IMG/VR virus record: IMGVR_UViG_3300018080_000122
Span: 1 to 64,000 of that record
DNA: 64,000 nucleotides
Source of the DNA: a virus
Reading direction: 5' to 3' (one strand)
A model generated the notes under the pieces. That model saw nothing but the letters and a program-made list of their open reading frames with translations, had not been told where the DNA came from and made no database searches. Shown here one piece after another: positions 35,082 to 43,638 of this stretch. The position numbers and the translations under genes were made by a program. Position 1 is the stretch's first letter. Each line of letters opens with the position of its first letter.

Positions 35082-36732
35082 ATGAGCGAACCTCATCAAG
35101 TCAGCGAGCCGGAACCAAATCCTCTCAGCCTCTACCGCGAGAACCAACGCCTTCGTGCAATGATTGCACATATGAAAGACGGCGGATGCCATGCTGCGCA
35201 TCCGGGCGAAATCACCTACGAATGCTCCCTACACATTCCTGGCGGCAAATGTTGGGCGTGTAGAGCACGTGCCGCGATGGAGCCTGAAACAGACAACGAT
35301 TCTCTGCGCCGTGCGATTCGCTTGGTGATTGATGCTGCCGAGACGCTAAGTAGCGCGGCGGGCTACGAGCCCGATGGTGAAGGTGGAATGGACCATCGTG
35401 GTATGTGTCAGCAAGAACTGGATGCTGTAGAGCGCGTGAAGAGATGGCTTGGGCCGAGGCCGATCACACCCGAACTAAGGGACTAGTCCTAGAGTGCATC
35501 GATCTACTGGACGCGAGGAATCTGAAATGAGACTGAGCGACAAGAATAGGGAGATCCGTCGAGAGTTCGACCTGGGTAAGCGGTTGGTGATCCGATGCGC
35601 TGATTGCCGTCGCGTAGTCGCGAGCACCCCCTGGGTAGTGCCTACATGGTCTTCGCCTAAAGAAGAAGTCTACGCTTTGTGCGGCTGGTGTAGGAAGCGC
35701 AAGGGGTCAGCCGATGAATCACCGCCTGAATAAACTCGCTGAAGCACTCTGCATAACGCCGACAAACAACCTGCGTCTCGAACTGTCGCATGTCGGTGGA
35801 AAGCGGGCGTGGTGGCTCTGTGGCTGCAAAGAAGGCGATCAGGCTCTTCCACAGACCGGCAACGCCGAGACAGCCGAGGAAGCCCTGGGGAATGCCGAGA
35901 GATGGCTCGCGCCGGAACTGGATCGTCTGGATTGGGAAGATCGAGAAGCAAAACGGCTGATGTACGAGGGAGAGGAGTGATGATGAATCTAAACGATGTA
36001 GAGATGGATGATCTGACCCCGTTTAAGCGACCTGTCTGTAGATGGGCAGTTCATCCTGTCATCGACGACGATAAAGTAATCGGTCATGAAGTCCTGCTGC
36101 GGCTCGGATTCCACAAACAATATATTCCGATCACCGAAGACCAAGCCAAAACCCTGAAGGCGATGCATCTAGATGCTTATGGAGCCCAGTGTGCGGCTGA
36201 GTTGGCCAAGAATCCCGTCATGCCGTCCGACGAGAAAGAAATACTTGCTGCCGCTGAGAATTACGAAGCGACAGTGGAGCAGGCTATGGACGACGCAGAA
36301 CGCATGTTGCCGCCGCTTATTGAAGATCTGATGGCTTGTGAGCAGCAGAAGATACGGTAAAATATGTCACTCAAATGTATAGTCTGTAGCAAAAACATGG
36401 AGTTAGCCACTTTGCCCAACACTAGGCGCGGGCTCGTTCCAGTGCTGGACGGCGTAGTGTGCTACACAAGCGGGTCGTTCGGCTCCAACGTGTTTGAAGA
36501 ACTGAACATCGGCAAGTACACCAGAAAACTGCTGCAGTTTGTTATATGCGACGACTGCCTGAAGAAGAACGCGGACAACATCTTCTTCGTGAAAGAAGTG
36601 ACCACTAAGTCTGTAGTGGACTACATGACTTTAGAGGATTACTGCGCCAGGGAACAGCAGAACCTGAAAGACATGTACAGTAAGCTCGTGTTCAAATCCA
36701 CAGAGAAGAGGAACAAAGATGAAAATACGTAA
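35082..36732 (+). other. run of small hypothetical genes (about 35082-35486, 35527-35733, 35714-35980, 35980-36360, 36364-36732)
   Basis: Coupled short ORFs with RBSs; several carry CxxC motifs. Confidence 0.5.
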
Positions 36733-37210
36733 CGGATTTGTATCTAATTCTAGCAGCTCAAGTTTTGTGGTGGGGTTTAACCCCGTCCCAGAAACCAAAG
36801 AAGAGTTGAAAGAAATGCTCTGGGGTGACCTAGAAGCCTTGGGAGCCTACGACTACGGCATCACCACCGAAAGGGCAGCTGATATTGTCTGGCAAGACTT
36901 GCAAGAGCAAGAAGGTCCTCTGACTCGTGAAGAGATCATTGCGATGATTTCACAGGACTACATGCCAGAACTAGACGGGCACAAATGGTGGAGCATCACA
37001 GATCTCAAAGAACAAGAAAAGGCCCGCGAGAAATACTACAATAAGAAGATAGAGCGCGCCACAGAATTGGCCAAAGAGATGTTCGAGAAAGCTGGCGAAG
37101 GCACCAAGTTCTTCCAGTTTCGTTACCACGATGATACTTCAAACGGAACTGTGCTCGAACATGGGGACGTCTTCAGGAACGTGCCCAGCTACAGAATAAA
37201 CGAACACTAA
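36719..37210 (+). CDS. NSSS-tag family protein 1
   Basis: MKIRNGFVSNSSSSSFVVGFN. Confidence 0.85.
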   Translation: MKIRNGFVSNSSSSSFVVGFNPVPETKEELKEMLWGDLEALGAYDYGITTERAADIVWQDLQEQEGPLTREEIIAMISQDYMPELDGHKWWSITDLKEQEKAREKYYNKKIERATELAKEMFEKAGEGTKFFQFRYHDDTSNGTVLEHGDVFRNVPSYRINEH

Positions 37211-37219
37211 GGATGAAAA

Positions 37220-37585
37220 ATGAAGATACGAAACGGTTTTGTGTCCAACTCCAGCAGTTCCAGCTTCGTGCTCATCGTCCATCCCAATGATCACAAAAAA
37301 GCTATGGAACAATTCTCAGGACATGAATCTAAGTTCCTGAATGCCTTGGTCTCCTGGCGTAAAGTCCTTGGTGAGTGGGCACGTGTGTTTTCTGGCGAGT
37401 TCAGCACGGAGAACGCGTGTATTGATATAAATAAATTATTCATGATGTGGGAGGGGGATTTCTACAAAAAGCACCCAGAATTCCAGATGTGCTTCGATGA
37501 AATGCGCACGTGCTTCCAAAATTACAGACGGTACGTGACCAAGATCGCCAAATTCAAACCGTTCTATGACGAGAAAGATTACTAG
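37220..37585 (+). CDS. NSSS-tag family protein 2
   Basis: MKIRNGFVSNSSSSSFVLIV. Confidence 0.85.
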   Translation: MKIRNGFVSNSSSSSFVLIVHPNDHKKAMEQFSGHESKFLNALVSWRKVLGEWARVFSGEFSTENACIDINKLFMMWEGDFYKKHPEFQMCFDEMRTCFQNYRRYVTKIAKFKPFYDEKDY

Positions 37586-37594
37586 GAGATAGAC

Positions 37595-37990
37595 ATGAAG
37601 ACCAGAGACGGGTTCGTATCCAATTCCAGCAGCACCAGCTTCACTGTAGGTTTCAATGGCAAACCTCCAAACAAAAAAGAAATACTAGAAATGTTTGGAG
37701 TTGAGGAGCATTCCCCACTTCGGAGTTTGGCCTGGGAGCTGTCAGACTTCTTCGCGAAACGAATCCGTGATCTGGAGAAACACGAAACGGATTCGAAAGA
37801 CGATTGGGAAAGGGAGTGCGCCGAACGCGACACGAGGCTGTTCAAAGAAGTTGGCCTGACATATCAAGGTTTCTTCAGATGTGAGCGTGATTTCGCGGAG
37901 TGCAATCAGCCCATGGCTGGGTGGGCTATTCCCTGGATAAAGAACGAAAAGCTTTATATTGTCAACCATGAACGGGGAGACATGAGATAG
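37595..37990 (+). CDS. NSSS-tag family protein 3
   Basis: MKTRDGFVSNSSSTSFTVGFN. Confidence 0.85.
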   Translation: MKTRDGFVSNSSSTSFTVGFNGKPPNKKEILEMFGVEEHSPLRSLAWELSDFFAKRIRDLEKHETDSKDDWERECAERDTRLFKEVGLTYQGFFRCERDFAECNQPMAGWAIPWIKNEKLYIVNHERGDMR

Positions 37991-38186
37991 TGCGCTACCG
38001 TGTACGATCATACAGTCATCCCAGTTATGAGGATCTCCCTCACGAAGTCATGATACTTCGCGGGGCCGAAGCCAAGGACCTGTCATTGGTTGTCCCGGTC
38101 ATGTTTGGTATGGGAGCCAAGAAAATCATAATTGAAGACGAAGATGAGTGGCTGGCCGCAGAGAAAAAGGCAGCGGAGGATTGTAC

Positions 38187-38864
38187 ATGAAAGTCAGGAA
38201 TGGTTTTGTGAGTAATTCCAGTTCTTCCAGCTTTATAGCGCAGAAGATATATCTGTCCTACATGCATCTTAAAGCCATCAGAGAGCACGGCATTCTCCTC
38301 AAAGACATCTCGCCAACCGACCCTTGGGGTTTTGGTATTGTCTATCCAGATGACTTAGAGCACGACCGCGCCTCAGAAACACCTATAAGTCAGAAGCAGC
38401 TTAGAGAGTGGCACGATCTTCGCTACGCTGATGACGCTTGGATTATTGATGAGACGGATTCCCATATTGCTGGCGCTACCATCATGGATAATTTCAGTTT
38501 CAAATGGTTCCTGCGCGCCATCGGCGTACCAGAAATAGCCTTCATGTGCTTCGAGAATGAGCATTTTGATTGTTGTCACCGTGTCGTTGAAGATATGCTG
38601 ACCAATAGATGTGGGTATAAACAACAAGCGTATCGTTACGACAAGTGGGCAGAAGTGGCCAGCGCAACCGTTTTTGTAGATCCCGAACCCGATGAAGAAG
38701 ATCTTATAGCAGCAATACGTGACGCGATCTACCCTCTTGGAAAAACAATAACAGGCATCAGGAAAGAAATCAAAAGCAAAACGGTTGCGCCATTTAGGAT
38801 TTCGATTATGACTGAAGAGTGGCTCATTAAAAGAAGGGAGGCAATAGATGGGGCTAAGTCATAA
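38187..38864 (+). CDS. NSSS-tag family protein 4
   Basis: ATG at 38187 after GGAGG: MKVRNGFVSNSSSSSFI. Confidence 0.85.
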   Translation: MKVRNGFVSNSSSSSFIAQKIYLSYMHLKAIREHGILLKDISPTDPWGFGIVYPDDLEHDRASETPISQKQLREWHDLRYADDAWIIDETDSHIAGATIMDNFSFKWFLRAIGVPEIAFMCFENEHFDCCHRVVEDMLTNRCGYKQQAYRYDKWAEVASATVFVDPEPDEEDLIAAIRDAIYPLGKTITGIRKEIKSKTVAPFRISIMTEEWLIKRREAIDGAKS

Positions 38865-39186
38865 TATTTATGTCGGCCCGTATCTGCAAATCAAAGGCGC
38901 AGATGATTTGTGGGAAATCCTAGAAGACCTGGGCGAGCGTTTAAGCATCTTCAATCAAGAGTACGGACCCGACGACTATGATTTGGTAACTCCCAACGTG
39001 GATTGGGGAGTTGGTCGGGAGACCTACCTGGACAGGAATTGGTGTGGCGAGATGTTGATGAGCGGCGCCCGCATCGGTAAAGAGAAAGAAGAATTTGCCA
39101 GGTTTTTCTTTACAGACATCTTGAATCTTCAAAACCGATGCGGCAGTGTGATCTTGGAGTGGGGCATTCTAGGAGAGATAATCTAA
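38848..39186 (+). CDS. hypothetical protein within the NSSS cluster
   Basis: GGAGG RBS; coupled to neighbours. Confidence 0.6.
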   Translation: MGLSHNIYVGPYLQIKGADDLWEILEDLGERLSIFNQEYGPDDYDLVTPNVDWGVGRETYLDRNWCGEMLMSGARIGKEKEEFARFFFTDILNLQNRCGSVILEWGILGEII

Positions 39187-39677
39187 TGAAGACCCGCCAC
39201 GGATTTGTTAGCAATTCGAGCAGCTCGTCGTACACGTGTGATCTCTGCGGTGTAGCGCGCGTCTCGTATAATGAAGGCCTAGACGGCACAGAGATGGTCT
39301 ATTGTGTTGGCTGCCACCATACCATATGCGAAGAACATCTTGCAGAACAAGATTTCGCAGGGTGGCTAGCTGAGCGCGAACACGCGCTTAAAAGAATAGG
39401 AGATGATATTACACTTGCACTTGAACAAGAAGAGTATGACTTGCTGGCGCGGCTGGCCAAGACCGCGTCTGACATAAAGCAGGACGTGAATAGCCCGCGC
39501 GATCCAAACACGGTGACGCCACAGTGGTGCCCCATATGCCAGATGGAGCGCCTACCGAATGTTCTGCTATTCCGGTACCTAACCAAAATTCAAAACACTC
39601 ACCTGGATATCATCCTTGGAGAGATCCAAGAAAGATTTTCTGACTATGAGTCTTTCATGAAGTTCATTGAAGGCTAG
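39186..39677 (+). CDS. NSSS-tag family protein 5 (Zn-binding type)
   Basis: ATG at 39186: MKTRHGFVSNSSSSSYTCDLC...C..CHHTICEEH...CPIC. Confidence 0.85.
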   Translation: MKTRHGFVSNSSSSSYTCDLCGVARVSYNEGLDGTEMVYCVGCHHTICEEHLAEQDFAGWLAEREHALKRIGDDITLALEQEEYDLLARLAKTASDIKQDVNSPRDPNTVTPQWCPICQMERLPNVLLFRYLTKIQNTHLDIILGEIQERFSDYESFMKFIEG

Positions 39678-39692
39678 ATAAAGGAGGTAAAA

Positions 39693-40187
39693 ATGAAGAT
39701 CCGGCATGGTTTTGTATCAAATTCCAGTAGTTCAAGTTTCGTGTGCGAAGTTTGCGGTCATTCAGAAGTGAGCTACGCAGACCCTGAAGACATGGTCTAC
39801 TGTGAAGATAAGGCCCACCTGTTCTGTAAAGAGCATTTGGTTGGAGTGGATTTAAACGACTGGATAGAAGAGCAGCGAAAAGAACTTCAGCGACTGAAAG
39901 AGAAGGTTGCCGAAGCGGTTGAAAATGATCTATACCATTTGGTGCAGTCTCTTACCAGGGAGATCAACCACATAAAAAATAAGATGGCAAGGGGGCGCCC
40001 AGAAAGTGAAAATGGCGACGGCCACGTCCCGTCGTCCCAGTGCCCACTATGCCAAATGACGGAATTCCATGACCGCATTCTACTCAACTATCTCATGAAG
40101 AAGCACAACACGGACAAGAAGACCATCACTGCAGCAATTCGAGGGCAATACAAAACTTACAAGGATGTTCAAGATTCTTTATCCTGA
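39693..40187 (+). CDS. NSSS-tag family protein 6 (Zn-binding type)
   Basis: MKIRHGFVSNSSSSSFVCEVC...HLFCKEH...CPLC. Confidence 0.85.
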   Translation: MKIRHGFVSNSSSSSFVCEVCGHSEVSYADPEDMVYCEDKAHLFCKEHLVGVDLNDWIEEQRKELQRLKEKVAEAVENDLYHLVQSLTREINHIKNKMARGRPESENGDGHVPSSQCPLCQMTEFHDRILLNYLMKKHNTDKKTITAAIRGQYKTYKDVQDSLS

Positions 40188-40202
40188 GCCAAGGAGATTT
40201 TT

Positions 40203-40787
40203 ATGAAAGTACGCTATGGTTTCGTTTCAAATTCCAGCAGTTCATCCTTTACATGTGATGTGTGCGGCCACAATGCTTCTGGGTGGGACATGGATTGTGC
40301 TGAAGCGCAGATATTCCTATGTGAAAATGGCCACTCTATTTGCTACGAGCACGGGCTCATATCAGACAGGTTCAAAAAATACATGGTCGACCTGAAAGCC
40401 GGTATTGAAAAGGCCATAAAAGATGATGATTTCGAAAGCCTGGATAAGTACCGCTCTGACTGTGTCTACATTGAGAACCTTGCAGGGGCCACCGAGACGT
40501 TAGAAGAAATTCAGGATTTCCTGGAAGATCCAACAATGGCCAATATTCCTAAAATTGGGGATTATCGTGATGAGATGCTTTATGCCGCCCCCGCAGATGT
40601 ATGCCCTATATGCGCCATAAAGAACATCGACATCCATACTATGGCCAGATACCTCCTCCTGAAAACCGGGCAGACGGCGCGAGAAGTAGCTTCAGAGATG
40701 TGCGACGCCTTCGTATCTCACAAGAAAATGCACGAGAAGCTGCGTGAAGTGGATTTACCAAAACACACCGTGGAAGTAGTTAAGTAG
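40203..40787 (+). CDS. NSSS-tag family protein 7 (Zn-binding type)
   Basis: MKVRYGFVSNSSSSSFTCDVC...CENGHSICYEH...CPIC. Confidence 0.85.
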   Translation: MKVRYGFVSNSSSSSFTCDVCGHNASGWDMDCAEAQIFLCENGHSICYEHGLISDRFKKYMVDLKAGIEKAIKDDDFESLDKYRSDCVYIENLAGATETLEEIQDFLEDPTMANIPKIGDYRDEMLYAAPADVCPICAIKNIDIHTMARYLLLKTGQTAREVASEMCDAFVSHKKMHEKLREVDLPKHTVEVVK

Positions 40788-40801
40788 GAAGGAGACTAGC
40801 C

Positions 40802-41185
40802 GTGAACATTATTCTGGAGGGCATCAACAGAGAGTTCACCATCTGGTGGACATATCTCGATGACCGCCCAAAAGATAAGTTGGATCTCATAACTGCCATG
40901 CATGCCGTTGGCCAGATATATAGAGAGGGCGCGCGGAAGATAATGTGCACCCTATTTGACAATACTAGAGAAGTGGCATGGACCGGGTTCGCTCAATGTT
41001 CCTCTTCAGACCATTTCTCCAAACCGGCTGGGCGTAAAATAAGCCTCACCAGAGCCCTGGCCAATTCCGACATCGACAAGCCCATAAGAACCAAGATCTG
41101 GAAAGAGGTCGCGAAGACGTCCCCGAAGACACTCAGATGCAGCGTAGGCCACATACAGACGAGAGGATCCAAAAGTGAAGATTAG
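40802..41185 (+). CDS. hypothetical phage protein
   Basis: G.AQCSSSD.F.K..GRKISL.RAL. Confidence 0.6.
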   Translation: MNIILEGINREFTIWWTYLDDRPKDKLDLITAMHAVGQIYREGARKIMCTLFDNTREVAWTGFAQCSSSDHFSKPAGRKISLTRALANSDIDKPIRTKIWKEVAKTSPKTLRCSVGHIQTRGSKSED

Positions 41186-41570
41186 ATCAGGTTTTGTCAG
41201 CAACAGCAGCACCAGCTCTTTCATTCTGATTGTGACGGAAGACGCTCATCAAGGGGTCCTAAAGCACATACCAGAAGAGTACCATCCAATGTTAAACTAT
41301 GGATTTAGGGAGACCAAAGTCTTTGGGCGGCCCGCTAGGGTATTCACGATCCTTTCAGATCACGGTGGCAGTTACTCCAGCATGTGCTTGGAATATTGCC
41401 GCGAGGACATCAGTTTCCCTTGCCCTCCACCCAAGATTCAGCCTGAAGGCATGGACCTACCAAGACGGGCGCAAGAACCTGAGTGTGAGTACGAGCTGAA
41501 GAATGCCTACGAAGAAATCCTCAAAATAGTCGCCCCAGACGGGTTTTTTTCCAAGAGTATTGGCGATTAA
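41175..41570 (+). CDS. NSSS-tag family protein 8
   Basis: GTG start: MKIRSGFVSNSSTSSFILIV. Confidence 0.85.
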   Translation: MKIRSGFVSNSSTSSFILIVTEDAHQGVLKHIPEEYHPMLNYGFRETKVFGRPARVFTILSDHGGSYSSMCLEYCREDISFPCPPPKIQPEGMDLPRRAQEPECEYELKNAYEEILKIVAPDGFFSKSIGD

Positions 41571-41573
41571 TCC

Positions 41574-41601
41574 TTGCGCTAACCAAATCTCTTGCTACGA
41601 T
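41574..41601 (+). promoter_or_regulatory. phage promoter TTGCGCTAAC-N12-TACGAT upstream of the radical SAM gene
   Basis: Recurrent motif. Confidence 0.6.
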
Positions 41602-41634
41602 ATTACCAGAGCAAAACAGAAAAGGAGGCAATTA

Positions 41635-42705
41635 ATGAATCGTCAGGTGATTACTGTAGAGGGATTTGGTGACGTCACCATTGCAGATTCCGAATACGCC
41701 AAGGTGATTAGGTCCGAAAACTACAACATGGGGTTCAACAAAATCACTGGATATATGGCCAGGTGGGGGAAAACTCACGATGACGATCCAGACTACGGCC
41801 CCGGACCAGAGTTGCTTGACATAGAGATTAGCGTCAATGACTGCCCCAACAATTGCCGTTTTTGTTACAAGGGCAACACGAGTGAGCCCGGCAGGCACAT
41901 GTCGCTGGAGACCTTCAAGCGCGTCATGCAAGGTATGCCCAAGACGGTGACGCAGATCGCCTTTGGCATAACAGGATTGAAGGCTAACCCAGACTTTATT
42001 CCTATCCTGAAGCATTGTAGGGATCTGGGCATCGTTCCCAATTTCACCCTGTCAGGCGTAGGTCTCGACGAAGACTTTGCGCACCAGGTAGTGCCCCTTG
42101 TTGGCGCGGTCGCTGTCAGTGCCTACGAATCCGACAAGAACGTGTGTTACAACGCGGTGGAGATGCTTAGCCGCCATATCGACCAGACGAACATCCACTT
42201 GCTCATATGTAAGGAGACCGTGCCTTTCGTGGAGGAAGTTCTGGAAGACATTTGCCACGACCAAAGGCTTGCGAAACTTAGAGCAGTGGTATTCCTCTGT
42301 CTGAAACCGAAGGGGCGGGCTGCTGGCAGGTTCCACCAACCGTCGCAGGCAGACTACGATAAGGTCATCAACTACTGCTTGGAGAGGGATATCAGGTTTG
42401 GTTTCGATTCGTGCGGTGCGCCCAAATTTGAAGAATCCGTGATTGCCTCCAAAGCGTTGAAGGCACATCAGAAGCAGCAGCTCATCCAGTGTTCGGAGCG
42501 GTGCGAATCGTTCGGCATGTTTAGTGCCTACATCAACGTTGATGGTAAGTACTATCCGTGCTCATTCTGCGAAGACGAACCGGGGTGGGAAGACGGCTTA
42601 GAATTTGACAATTTCCTGACCGACGTGTGGCTGTCCGACAAAGTAAAGGCGTGGCGCGATAAGGCTTTGTCAGCCAAACGCGAATGCGTGATGTTCGATC
42701 TGTGA
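41635..42705 (+). CDS. radical SAM enzyme with SPASM/twitch-like C-terminal domain
   Basis: CPNNCRFCY; C-terminal CES...YINVDGKYYPCSFC...W...C; ATG at 41635 after AGGAGG. Confidence 0.9.
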   Translation: MNRQVITVEGFGDVTIADSEYAKVIRSENYNMGFNKITGYMARWGKTHDDDPDYGPGPELLDIEISVNDCPNNCRFCYKGNTSEPGRHMSLETFKRVMQGMPKTVTQIAFGITGLKANPDFIPILKHCRDLGIVPNFTLSGVGLDEDFAHQVVPLVGAVAVSAYESDKNVCYNAVEMLSRHIDQTNIHLLICKETVPFVEEVLEDICHDQRLAKLRAVVFLCLKPKGRAAGRFHQPSQADYDKVINYCLERDIRFGFDSCGAPKFEESVIASKALKAHQKQQLIQCSERCESFGMFSAYINVDGKYYPCSFCEDEPGWEDGLEFDNFLTDVWLSDKVKAWRDKALSAKRECVMFDL

Positions 42706-43177
42706 CCAAGGAGACGACGGGCAATGCTGACGCTAGGAGAAAAGTTATTCATTGCTGACCAGGTGATCGTGTTCACCAAAAAGATGTTTGAGGTAGAAGG
42801 GCCTCTGGCCCAGCACTGGAATGAGTTGGACAGAGACGGTGAGCACGAAAAGTGCGACAGACTAACTGCAGAGGCGCGCAATTTCTGTCACCACCTGCGT
42901 GCACACGTACGCCAGGCCATCGAGAGGGGGCGTCTGTAGCCGTGTGGTATCTTACTAAGGTGTGGTTGTCCTGGCTGTGGCCGCCCAACGCTATCAATTT
43001 CATAAAATTCGTAATGGAAGATGATGGGGGCGCTGGCTCAGGACCGGCGTTAGCCCGAGGCGCATTGGCCCTTTTCGGCTGCCCACTGGCGTTGCTGGCC
43101 ATGCTGATTAGCGCTAGTATAGTAATTGGCGTGGCAGCTGTAATAGTCACAACGATAGTAAAGTAAAGGAGGGAACA

Positions 43178-43564
43178 ATGTGGACGCGTTTGATAAAGCT
43201 GGAATGTGATTTGTGTGGCAAAACCGTTACAGTAGAAAACCACAATCCCACTTCCGTGCCGCTTCCAAGCGACTGGAGGAAGTGGAGCGATATATCGACG
43301 CGCAAACTACTATGCAGCAAACGGTGCAAAGATCTCCATACGGAGATGACTGAAACCATAGCCGCAAAAACTGGAGAGTTAGAAGTGCGTGTAAAAGCCC
43401 GGTTCAAACAACTGGCAACGGGCCAAATTAGAATGCCAGAATGTCATGGATGCGGCGACGAAGTCCCCACTCCTCTGTTGGGGTCGGACGAGCAGGAGTA
43501 CTGCAAGGAATGCTGGAGCGAGAAGTATGACGACAACGGGCTCCCTAAAACATCCAAAACTTGA
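43178..43564 (+). CDS. Cys-rich hypothetical protein
   Basis: AGGAGG RBS; several CxxC motifs. Confidence 0.55.
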   Translation: MWTRLIKLECDLCGKTVTVENHNPTSVPLPSDWRKWSDISTRKLLCSKRCKDLHTEMTETIAAKTGELEVRVKARFKQLATGQIRMPECHGCGDEVPTPLLGSDEQEYCKECWSEKYDDNGLPKTSKT

Positions 43565-43638
43565 AGAGGCACATCAACTAGTCATACCAGCAGTAACAGC
43601 ATAGCACCAATCCATTACAGAAAATACCTAGAAAACAC

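Noticed and set aside
36719-41570. NSSS tags as a DNA repeat, DGR or recombination cassette
   Set aside because: Synonymous codon divergence among copies, and no reverse transcriptase or recombinase nearby.
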